Source of the DNA: Arthrobacter phage RcigaStruga
DNA length: 32,000 bases
Sequence record: KX576640.1
Direction: 5' to 3' (one strand)
Position numbers and translations under genes: made by a program. Positions 25,600 to 32,000 of the stretch are shown one piece after another. Under the pieces are notes generated by a model that did no database searches, was not told the origin of the DNA, and saw nothing but the letters and a program-made list of their open reading frames with translations. Numbering within the stretch: position 1 is the stretch's first letter; each line of letters begins with the position of its first letter.

Positions 25600-27704
25600 T
25601 GGTAGTAATGCCGGAGCGGGTCCTTCCCTCGGACCTGCTCCACCTCTACAAGCATGGGATCACCCCCGGGTCCAGTATGGCAGTGGATACCGAAACCTCG
25701 GGACTGCGGGTGGACGAAGGGGCCAGGATCTCCACGGTTTCGGTCGCTTGGTTGGACGAGGACAACGAGTGGGATTTCATTCAGACCGAGCAGTGGCCCT
25801 CCGGGATCAGCACTAATCGAATGGAGCCAGTACATGAGGGCTTCCCGGACGTACGGGTGATTTCGTTTGCATGGCCGTTCGATCAGGGCGTGTCCAACAC
25901 CGGCAAGCCCGAGGACAACGGACAGGAGACCCTCTGGCCGGACGCGGAGAACCTGCCGCTGTCCGAATGGACCGCACTGCTGGAGTTCATCCGGCTGGTA
26001 GGCGAATCACACAGCCTCGACATGCAGAACGCCAAGTTCGACTGCCACCAGTTCCGCGCCGGAGTCCGTCGCTGGCCCGGTATCGGGGACGACTTTATGG
26101 AGCTGGTCGAGTGGGATACCCAGAACGGCAACGATCTGGTGTTCGGTTACCTGCCTTCCACCTCGCTGAAAGGTCCGGGTACGGCGACCGAGCATTTGTG
26201 GGGAGAGGGCGAGTCGGACGAGAAGCACGTAATCTCGGCCTACCTGACCAAGAAGAAGCTACCCAAGGGCCGCTGGGACCTGATGCCGTGGGACGTAATC
26301 GCTAAATACGCCGATCAGGATGCCCGACTTACAGTACGGTTGAAGCACGTCCAGCAGGATAAGATCTTGTACGGTGGGGTTCCGTGGATGGATGGGAAAC
26401 AGGGCCGCATGACTGCGGACGAGGCATTCCTCCGCCGCATGAATATGACCCGGCTGCTGTTCGCGATGGAAAAGCGAGGTCTGCCCTTCGACATCGAGGA
26501 GGCCGAGCGTGCATCAGCGGAACTCAAGCGACGTGCAAAGTCATTCGCCCAGGATCTGCCGTTCAAGCCCGCAACACTGGACATGGCCAAGCACTACTGG
26601 TTCGGTACCGGCCTCAAACAGGGGGTGGTCGGACTGGAACAGCCTCCGGTGGCCACGACCGAAGGTGGGGCACCATCCTTGACCGCACACGACCTCGGAA
26701 AGCTGATCCTGCAGGACCTGCCCGGGGCTTCGGTCTGGCGCAACTTCGCCAAGTGCCAAGATGCGGATTCCCGCTGGTACGAGGGCTGGGTGACCAAGGC
26801 CGGGGCTGATGGTCGGCTGCGGACTTCGGTCCGGCAGAACGGCACCCGCTCGGGCCGGTTCAGCGTCGAGGGTATCCAGCTCCAGGCTATCCCGCAGAAC
26901 TACAAGCTGTCCGGTTATGAGGGCATGGACGACATTCCCTCGCCTCGCGCCCTGATCGGGTCTGCGGTGGCGAAGATGCCGGACTGGGAGATGTGGGAGC
27001 TGGACTTGGCCAACGCCGAGTTGAGGGTGGCGGCTCTGTTCGCCGGGTGCCAGCGTATGCTGGACATGATCGACAAGGGAATGGACCTCCACGGCGAAAC
27101 CGCCAAGGAACTGTTTGATGCGTCCGAGGACGACGAGAACTGGGACCAGCGCCGGTCAATCGCCAAGCGAGCAAACTTCTCACTGATCTTCGGGGTCGGC
27201 TGGGCAACCCTCCAGCAGAACATCGAAGTCAACACCGGTATCGTGCTCTCGGATCGGGAAGCACAGGTTCTGGTTAAGGACTGGAATGGCCTCTACCCGG
27301 AGTACAAGCGGGCGATCAACATCCACATGGATCGGATCGCGACCCGGCAGAAGAGCAAGAAGGAACTGGGTGGGTACCTGCAGATGTCCAACGGCGAGCG
27401 CCGCTGGTTCGCCTCGCATGAGGACACCCACAAGGGGTTCAACCAGCGGGTGCAGCCCTCGTTGGCTCAGTTCGGGATCGACTGGTGGACGCTGGCAGAC
27501 GCTTACATCACCAGCCAACTCACGCCGGAGGAGTTGGAGCACGGCGGAACGGTCCTGCTGGTACATGACTCCATGGTGTTGCTCCTGCCTAAGGACCGGG
27601 CCGAGGAGATCATCGAAGAGGTTATCCGAATCGGGGTCGAGTTGTGGTCCCGGACGTTCGTTGGAGTCCCGGGTGGCGTGGACGCCAAGCCCTGGAACAA
27701 GTAG
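25599..27704 (+). CDS. dpoZ: Family A DNA polymerase with 3'-5' exonuclease domain (DpoZ candidate)
   Basis: GTG at 25599 (TAGTG overlap; ATG at 25608 possible). Exo motifs AVDTETSGL, NAKFDCHQF, YADQDARLT; pol motif A DLANAELRVAA, motif B RRSIAKRANFSLIFG, motif C LLVHDSMV; adjacent to purZ. Confidence 0.85.
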   Translation: MVVMPERVLPSDLLHLYKHGITPGSSMAVDTETSGLRVDEGARISTVSVAWLDEDNEWDFIQTEQWPSGISTNRMEPVHEGFPDVRVISFAWPFDQGVSNTGKPEDNGQETLWPDAENLPLSEWTALLEFIRLVGESHSLDMQNAKFDCHQFRAGVRRWPGIGDDFMELVEWDTQNGNDLVFGYLPSTSLKGPGTATEHLWGEGESDEKHVISAYLTKKKLPKGRWDLMPWDVIAKYADQDARLTVRLKHVQQDKILYGGVPWMDGKQGRMTADEAFLRRMNMTRLLFAMEKRGLPFDIEEAERASAELKRRAKSFAQDLPFKPATLDMAKHYWFGTGLKQGVVGLEQPPVATTEGGAPSLTAHDLGKLILQDLPGASVWRNFAKCQDADSRWYEGWVTKAGADGRLRTSVRQNGTRSGRFSVEGIQLQAIPQNYKLSGYEGMDDIPSPRALIGSAVAKMPDWEMWELDLANAELRVAALFAGCQRMLDMIDKGMDLHGETAKELFDASEDDENWDQRRSIAKRANFSLIFGVGWATLQQNIEVNTGIVLSDREAQVLVKDWNGLYPEYKRAINIHMDRIATRQKSKKELGGYLQMSNGERRWFASHEDTHKGFNQRVQPSLAQFGIDWWTLADAYITSQLTPEELEHGGTVLLVHDSMVLLLPKDRAEEIIEEVIRIGVELWSRTFVGVPGGVDAKPWNK

Positions 27705-27727
27705 ACTTACCTAGTATCGAATAGATT

Positions 27728-27747
27728 TCTGTTTCACGTGAAACAGA
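27728..27747. promoter_or_regulatory. parS site embedded in a 20-bp perfect palindrome
   Basis: TCTGTTTCACGTGAAACAGA; internal 27730-27745 TGTTTCACGTGAAACA is the full 16-bp parS consensus. Confidence 0.8.
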
Positions 27748-27769
27748 TAACCCAACAGAAGGAAATAAA

Positions 27770-28903
27770 TTGAGCAACGTTATGGTAGTAGTCGGCGGGC
27801 AGTACGGCTCCGAGGCCAAGGGACACATCACCGCACAGCTCGTAAAGCAGGCAGTGAAGTCAGGTCGGCACGTAGTCAACGTCCGGGTAGCTGGCCCCAA
27901 CGCCGGTCACACCGCCTACGACGACGAGGGCCAGAAGTTCGCATTCCGGCAGGTACCGGTGGGCGCAGTGATTGAGCCGATCGTATCGGTGATTGCTGCA
28001 GGCTCCGAAATCGATCTGGCAGTGCTGGTCGAGGAGATCCACTTGGCGCAGGACCACGGCCACGTTATCCAGCTCTTGATCGACGAGAATGCGACCTTGA
28101 TCGAGTACCACCACAAGATGCAGGAAGCCGAGGGCAAGATGGTCGAAAACATCGGCTCCACGGCCAAGGGTATCGGTGCTGCCCGTGCCGACCGGATCTG
28201 GCGCAGGGCACGTCGCCTCCGCGACTCCGAACCCGCGTTGAAGTTGCTGGCGGACATTTCCGGGGTCCACGTGATTGATACGGTCAAGTACCTGCACGGG
28301 CAGGCCACACAGCCCAACGTCAACATCATAATCGAGGGAACCCAGGGCTACGGTCTCGGGGTCCACACGGACGCCTACCCGCAGACCACTAGCTCCGACT
28401 GCCGCGCCATTGACTTCTTGGCCATGGCCGGGATCAGCCCGTGGCACCCGGGGATCGAGGCCACACAGGTCATTATTGCTTGCCGGGTGTTCCCGATCCG
28501 CGTAGCGGGCAACTCCGGCCCGATGAAGGGTGAGACCTCATGGGAGCAGCTTAACCTGCCGGAGGAGCGCACCACAGTTACCCAGAAGGTGCGCCGGGTC
28601 GGTGCTTGGGACGGGGCCTTGGTGAAGGCCGCTTTCGAGGCCAACGGCGGGGTTGCGATTGATCACGACGACATGGAGGGCCAGTTGATGCAGCTCGTGT
28701 CCGGTGGGCCTAAAGTCATGGTGGGTCTGACTATGCTGGATCAGGTGGTCCCGGAGATTGAGGGTCTGACGACGTTCGATGATCTGGACGAGCCGACGTT
28801 CTCTAAGGTCGAAGAGTGGATCAACAAGATCTACGACGAGACCGGCGCTCAGGTCGCGATGATCACGACCTCCCCCAAGACCGCTGTACTGTTGGGAGCC
28901 TGA
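27770..28903 (+). CDS. purZ: PurZ-type adenylosuccinate synthetase homologue (2-aminoadenine / dZ biosynthesis)
   Basis: TTG start with AGAAGGAAA RBS; 377 aa; VVVGGQYGSEAKGHITAQLV replaces PurA WGDEGKGK; NVRVAGPNAGHT, RQVPVG, GSTAKGIGAARADR, IEGTQGYGLGVHTDAYPQTTSSDC, TVTQKVRRVGAWD. Confidence 0.9.
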   Translation: MSNVMVVVGGQYGSEAKGHITAQLVKQAVKSGRHVVNVRVAGPNAGHTAYDDEGQKFAFRQVPVGAVIEPIVSVIAAGSEIDLAVLVEEIHLAQDHGHVIQLLIDENATLIEYHHKMQEAEGKMVENIGSTAKGIGAARADRIWRRARRLRDSEPALKLLADISGVHVIDTVKYLHGQATQPNVNIIIEGTQGYGLGVHTDAYPQTTSSDCRAIDFLAMAGISPWHPGIEATQVIIACRVFPIRVAGNSGPMKGETSWEQLNLPEERTTVTQKVRRVGAWDGALVKAAFEANGGVAIDHDDMEGQLMQLVSGGPKVMVGLTMLDQVVPEIEGLTTFDDLDEPTFSKVEEWINKIYDETGAQVAMITTSPKTAVLLGA

Positions 28904-28906
28904 GCC

Positions 28907-29527
28907 GTGGCAGAATACGTAATCAATCACGCACTGAACTGCGCATCCCTGATCCCGACCATCATGCCGGAGACCAAGCGTCCTTGCTCCTGTGGAGCCG
29001 AGGAGCACGAACAGCGAGCGCAGAACCTGAACAAGCGTCCGATCCCGCTGGAGCAGGTGGGCGAGCTGGAAGAGACCGAGGACGGCCTGTCCGGCCTGTT
29101 CAAGCTCCATGGGGTCGAGCTGAGTGAGCAGGAGCGCACCAACCTGCAAGCCAACATCGACCGAGGTAAGATCTTGTCGATGTCCGCAAAGGAGGTCCGC
29201 TCGGTCTCCGAGACCGGAGCCGAGAAAGGCGTCAAGGAAGCTAGGTTCAGCTTGATCCCCGTAGGTCCACTCGAACAGGTCGCTATCCACTTCGGTCGTG
29301 GAGCGCAGAAGTACGAAGTCCACAACTGGCGCAAGGGCTACGAACTGAGCAAGAGCTACGACGCGCTCCAGCGTCACGCCAACGCTTGGTGGGCTGGGGA
29401 GAACCTCGACCCGGAGCTGGGCACCTCCCATCTGGCGGCTGTGGCGTTCCACGCCTTGGCCATGATGGAGCTGATGGAGACTCACCCCGAGATGGACGAC
29501 CGCTACAAGCTGGAGGAGCCGAAGTGA
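28907..29527 (+). CDS. dATP/dGTP diphosphohydrolase-like protein (DUF5664-like; MazZ functional candidate)
   Basis: GTG 3 nt after purZ stop; 206 aa with EARFSLIPVGPLEQVAIHFGRGAQKYEVHNWRKGYELSKSYDALQRHANAWWAGENLDPELGTSHLAAVAFHALAMMELM. Confidence 0.7.
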   Translation: MAEYVINHALNCASLIPTIMPETKRPCSCGAEEHEQRAQNLNKRPIPLEQVGELEETEDGLSGLFKLHGVELSEQERTNLQANIDRGKILSMSAKEVRSVSETGAEKGVKEARFSLIPVGPLEQVAIHFGRGAQKYEVHNWRKGYELSKSYDALQRHANAWWAGENLDPELGTSHLAAVAFHALAMMELMETHPEMDDRYKLEEPK

Positions 29528-29724
29528 AATTAGTACACCTGCTCAACGCCGAAACCCAGGAATTCGAATGGATCAACGTCAACTCGATTGGTAGGTTTTG
29601 GGCTTCCAAGAACAGGTCCGAAGCCGCAGGTGGGCAGTCGAACACGATAATCGAGTTCAGGCACTCTGGTGCCTTCGAAGTCGAGTACGAGATTAATCCC
29701 TACGAACTGTCGGCTCAACTCTGA
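29524..29724 (+). CDS. Small hypothetical protein
   Basis: GTG at 29524 overlapping upstream stop (GTGA); 66 aa KLVHLLNAETQEFEWINVNSIGRFWASKN...; ORF-track start over-extended. Confidence 0.55.
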   Translation: MKLVHLLNAETQEFEWINVNSIGRFWASKNRSEAAGGQSNTIIEFRHSGAFEVEYEINPYELSAQL

Positions 29725-29945
29725 TGGGGAAGCCCAGCAAGGCGGCACAGGCCGCGTACATCAAGCGAATCGACGCGCTCAAGAACCGACTGCTCGACCT
29801 CTGCGCCGATAAAGAGCAAGGACTCGACGTGGACTCGGAGTTCCAGCGGGTCCGGCGCTACCACCACGAGGACGAGATCCCGATGATCGAAGCCTACGAA
29901 AAAGTTATTGACGAAATCACTACGAAAGGACCGGTCCGACTGTGA
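29724..29945 (+). CDS. Small hypothetical protein
   Basis: 73 aa MGKPSKAAQAAYIKRIDALKNRLLDLCADKEQ..., overlapping neighbours at both ends. Confidence 0.6.
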   Translation: MGKPSKAAQAAYIKRIDALKNRLLDLCADKEQGLDVDSEFQRVRRYHHEDEIPMIEAYEKVIDEITTKGPVRL

Positions 29946-30853
29946 CCAAGACACTATACCTCGCCTACCCGATCGACTTCTCAGGCGGGCACTCGGTCAC
30001 GGCCCAGATCGCGGACACCGTAGCGTGGGCCAAGGACAATATCTTCCGTGACTCCGGAGTACTCGCATACGATCCGGGTGCCGCGTGGACTGTCGGAGGC
30101 CGGAGGAAGGTCACTCCGGAGCTGCAGAAGATCAATCAGGCCGCGATCCAGCAGTCCGACGCCATGCTGGCCTACGCTCCAGCCGGAGTGAGGTCCTGGG
30201 GTGTACCGGCTGAGGTTGAGCGAGCAGCACTCCGGGGGATGAACGTCGCGATCATCACGGACGGCGACCCCTCGTGGGCCATGCCGGTCGGACCCAACAT
30301 CGCGGTGTTCCAGTCGAAGCCGGACTGGAGCCACGCAACCATCGAGGCAATCGGGTGGCTGGCCGACCAGAAGCTGCCCAGCTTCGCCAAGGGCAACCCT
30401 GCCCGCGAGCGCAAAACCCTGCAGTTCGCTGCGGTGGATGAAGCGTCCGAGGTACCGGTCCAGTTACCTACCCGCGCCTACAACGACGACGCCGGGTTGG
30501 ACCTGTTCGTCTCCGAGTCTACGTGGGTTCCGGCCAACGGGTTCGTGGATATCAGGTCCCACATCAAGGTCCAGTTGCCTGAGTGGAGCTGGGGCTTCCT
30601 CGTCGGACGCTCGTCCACGCTGCGCAACAAGGGGCTGATGGTGAACCCCGGGATCATCGACGCGGGCTACCGGGGGGAGCTGTTCTCCGGGGTCCAGAAC
30701 ATGACCTCCAAGCCGGTGCACGTGGAGGCGGGTGAGCGGGTCGCCCAACTGATCGTGATCGGCAACGGTACCCGCCAGATCGAGCCGGTGATGGTACCTG
30801 AACTCGGGTCGCATGCCCGAGGGAAGAACGGGTTCGGCTCCTCCGGAGTCTAA
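29942..30853 (+). CDS. dut: Fusion of nucleoside 2-deoxyribosyltransferase-like (DUF4406-like) domain and dUTPase
   Basis: N-term KTLYLAYPIDFSGG...AIQQSDAMLAYAPAGVRSWGVPAEVERAALRGMNVAIITD; C-term all dUTPase motifs: YNDDAGLDLF, GRSSTLRNKGL, NPGIIDAGYRGEL, GERVAQLIVI, HARGKNGFGSSG. Confidence 0.88.
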   Translation: MTKTLYLAYPIDFSGGHSVTAQIADTVAWAKDNIFRDSGVLAYDPGAAWTVGGRRKVTPELQKINQAAIQQSDAMLAYAPAGVRSWGVPAEVERAALRGMNVAIITDGDPSWAMPVGPNIAVFQSKPDWSHATIEAIGWLADQKLPSFAKGNPARERKTLQFAAVDEASEVPVQLPTRAYNDDAGLDLFVSESTWVPANGFVDIRSHIKVQLPEWSWGFLVGRSSTLRNKGLMVNPGIIDAGYRGELFSGVQNMTSKPVHVEAGERVAQLIVIGNGTRQIEPVMVPELGSHARGKNGFGSSGV

Positions 30854-30860
30854 ATACAAA

Positions 30861-30893
30861 GAGACCCCCGGTCCTGAGTGGGCCGGGGGTCTC
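30861..30893. terminator. Bidirectional terminator between convergent transcription units
   Basis: GAGACCCCCGGTCC (30861-30874) / GGGCCGGGGGTCTC (30880-30893), 14-bp stem with one G.U, 5-nt loop, between convergent genes. Confidence 0.75.
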
Positions 30894-30904
30894 GTGCTAT
30901 TCGC

Positions 30905-31177
30905 TTAGTCCCATTCGTACATTATGGCCTCTTCGACCGTCTCGACCGAGACCAGGGTCTCGCCGGGGGCCGCGTGCCGCTTGTGCTCCGAGAGCCAAAG
31001 CTCCGTGCCGTCCTGCTGGGACTGGACCTTGAACCAGACCCGGCCTGTCTGGACGTTGACGAAGACCTCGCCGGTCGTGAGCGGCGGCTCCTGGCCCTCG
31101 GCCTCGTGAATCCGCTCCAGCTCGGCTCCGATGGTGTTGAGCTGCTCTACGAGCTGGGCGGCTGCGGGGTTGATCAT
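30905..31177 (-). CDS. Small hypothetical protein
   Basis: Leftward; ATG at 31177 with AAGGAGCC RBS (MINPAAAQLVEQLNTIGAELERIHEAEG...); ORF-track start at 31252 falls inside the -35 region of the promoter. Confidence 0.7.
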   Translation of the reverse strand: MINPAAAQLVEQLNTIGAELERIHEAEGQEPPLTTGEVFVNVQTGRVWFKVQSQQDGTELWLSEHKRHAAPGETLVSVETVEEAIMYEWD

Positions 31178-31223
31178 TGGTGGCTCCTTCGGTTGTGAGG
31201 GGCTGTCTGCCCCTCTAAATTCA

Positions 31224-31252
31224 ATTAAACCATATCCTTGCCCGCGTGTCAA
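31224..31252 (-). promoter_or_regulatory. Leftward sigma70-type promoter, copy 1
   Basis: On the - strand TTGACA-N17-TTTAAT (-35 at 31252-31247, -10 at 31229-31224). Confidence 0.75.
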
Positions 31253-31297
31253 ACCCGGGTACGGGTCGGCCCCGGACTTTCGCCCGGGGCCTCGCTG

Positions 31298-31531
31298 CTA
31301 GTCGCCCAGCTTATCCAAGTCGCGCTTCCTCGCCGTGTTGTAGCAGATCGTCCGGATCAGGGCGACCGAGACTCCCCACTCCGAGGCGATCAGGCTGGTC
31401 GGCACTCCGTCCGCGAACTCCTCCCGGATCTTCGCCATGGCCGCGTCCTGCAGCTTCCGCCGACGACCAACGGCGTCGTAGAAGAACTCTGCCTTGTAGG
31501 TGGCGGGCTTGCTGTTCTTGCGCTTGTTCAA
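31298..31531 (-). CDS. Small HTH-like protein
   Basis: TTG start, AAGGAGCC RBS; 77 aa with ADGVPTSLIASEWGVSVALIRTICYNTARKR. Confidence 0.6.
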   Translation of the reverse strand: MNKRKNSKPATYKAEFFYDAVGRRRKLQDAAMAKIREEFADGVPTSLIASEWGVSVALIRTICYNTARKRDLDKLGD

Positions 31532-31578
31532 GGTTGGCTCCTTATCGAACTGGACCGGCCTTTCCGGTCCATAATTTA

Positions 31579-31607
31579 ATTAAACCATATCCGTGACCGT
31601 GAGTCAA
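31579..31607 (-). promoter_or_regulatory. Leftward sigma70-type promoter, copy 2
   Basis: On the - strand TTGACT-N17-TTTAAT (-35 at 31607-31602, -10 at 31584-31579). Confidence 0.75.
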
Positions 31608-31622
31608 ACCGGACACACAGGA

Positions 31623-31648
31623 GAACCCCGGCGTAACAGCCGGGGTTC
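31623..31648 (-). terminator. Stem-loop downstream of the leftward gene 31656-31991
   Basis: GAACCCCGGC (31623-31632) / GCCGGGGTTC (31639-31648), 10-bp perfect stem, 6-nt loop. Confidence 0.6.
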
Positions 31649-31655
31649 CTTGGTG

Positions 31656-31991
31656 TTACGCGGTGACCGTTATCCACTTGCCGGAGCCGTCGCGCTTCTC
31701 GTTGCGCTCGGTCACCTCGTGGACTCCGGTCTGTCCGATGAAGGCTTGGCGGCTGGTGCGGGTCGGGTATTCCCAGCGACCGACCTTCATCGTGCCTCGG
31801 GTGTAGCGACCATCCTCATCGCCGAACATCGGCTCCGGGACCTCCGCTGCCGTCTCCTCGGCGTGCGCGGCCTCTTCGGCGGCTACGACCTCCGCGATCT
31901 TTCCTGCGGGCTTTGCGGGCTTGTCGGAGGGCTTGCGGGTTGCAGTGCGCTCGGCCTTCTTCGCGGCCTTCTCCACGAGGCGCTTGCTCAT
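31656..31991 (-). CDS. Small basic/Ala-rich hypothetical protein
   Basis: 111 aa MSKRLVEKAAKKAERTATRKPSDKPAKPAGKIAEVV... with structured C-terminus; ATG at 31991. Confidence 0.55.
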   Translation of the reverse strand: MSKRLVEKAAKKAERTATRKPSDKPAKPAGKIAEVVAAEEAAHAEETAAEVPEPMFGDEDGRYTRGTMKVGRWEYPTRTSRQAFIGQTGVHEVTERNEKRDGSGKWITVTA

Positions 31992-32000
31992 GGCGTCCGC

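Noticed and set aside
25871-26809. Two long + strand ORFs (25871-26305, 26384-26809) inside the DNA polymerase gene
   Set aside because: Out-of-frame shadows of the polymerase exonuclease/polymerase coding region.
1-32000. CRISPR array, tRNA genes, integrase, transposase or attachment site
   Set aside because: No regularly spaced identical repeats, no tRNA cloverleaf noticed by eye, and no integrase or transposase motifs in the translated ORFs. tRNAscan-SE/ARAGORN would be needed to exclude tRNAs formally.

Overview
The window is a densely packed segment of a GC-rich siphovirus genome, probably infecting an actinobacterium. The left part (~1-12.8 kb, + strand) holds the C-terminus of the major capsid protein, head-tail connectors, tail terminator, tail tube protein with an Ig/FN3-like insertion, tail-assembly chaperones with a -1 frameshift (GGGGGAA), tape measure, minor tail proteins, amidase endolysin and a putative holin. 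The middle and right (~12.9-30.9 kb, + strand) hold a DNA metabolism module: HTH protein, SNF2-type helicase, RuvC-like resolvase, Cas4/RecB-like nuclease, Sak4/RecA-like ATPase, putative SSB/DUF669-like protein, primase-polymerase/helicase, family A DNA polymerase, a PurZ-type adenylosuccinate synthetase homologue (GQYGSEAKG instead of the PurA GDEGKGK motif), a dATP/dGTP diphosphohydrolase-like (MazZ candidate) protein, and a nucleoside-deoxyribosyltransferase-like/dUTPase fusion. The rightmost ~1.1 kb is transcribed leftward. The main interpretation is a 2-aminoadenine (Z) genome biosynthesis locus. The least expected signal is two copies of the bacterial parS sequence GTTTCACGTGAAAC, one in the dpoZ-purZ gap and one over the start of the RuvC-like gene, with no ParA/ParB in the window. 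Other notable signals are an inverted array of GTTACA motifs in the only large noncoding gap, a duplicated leftward promoter and a 40-aa ORF missing from the ORF track. All family assignments come from reading motifs by eye; no database search was run.
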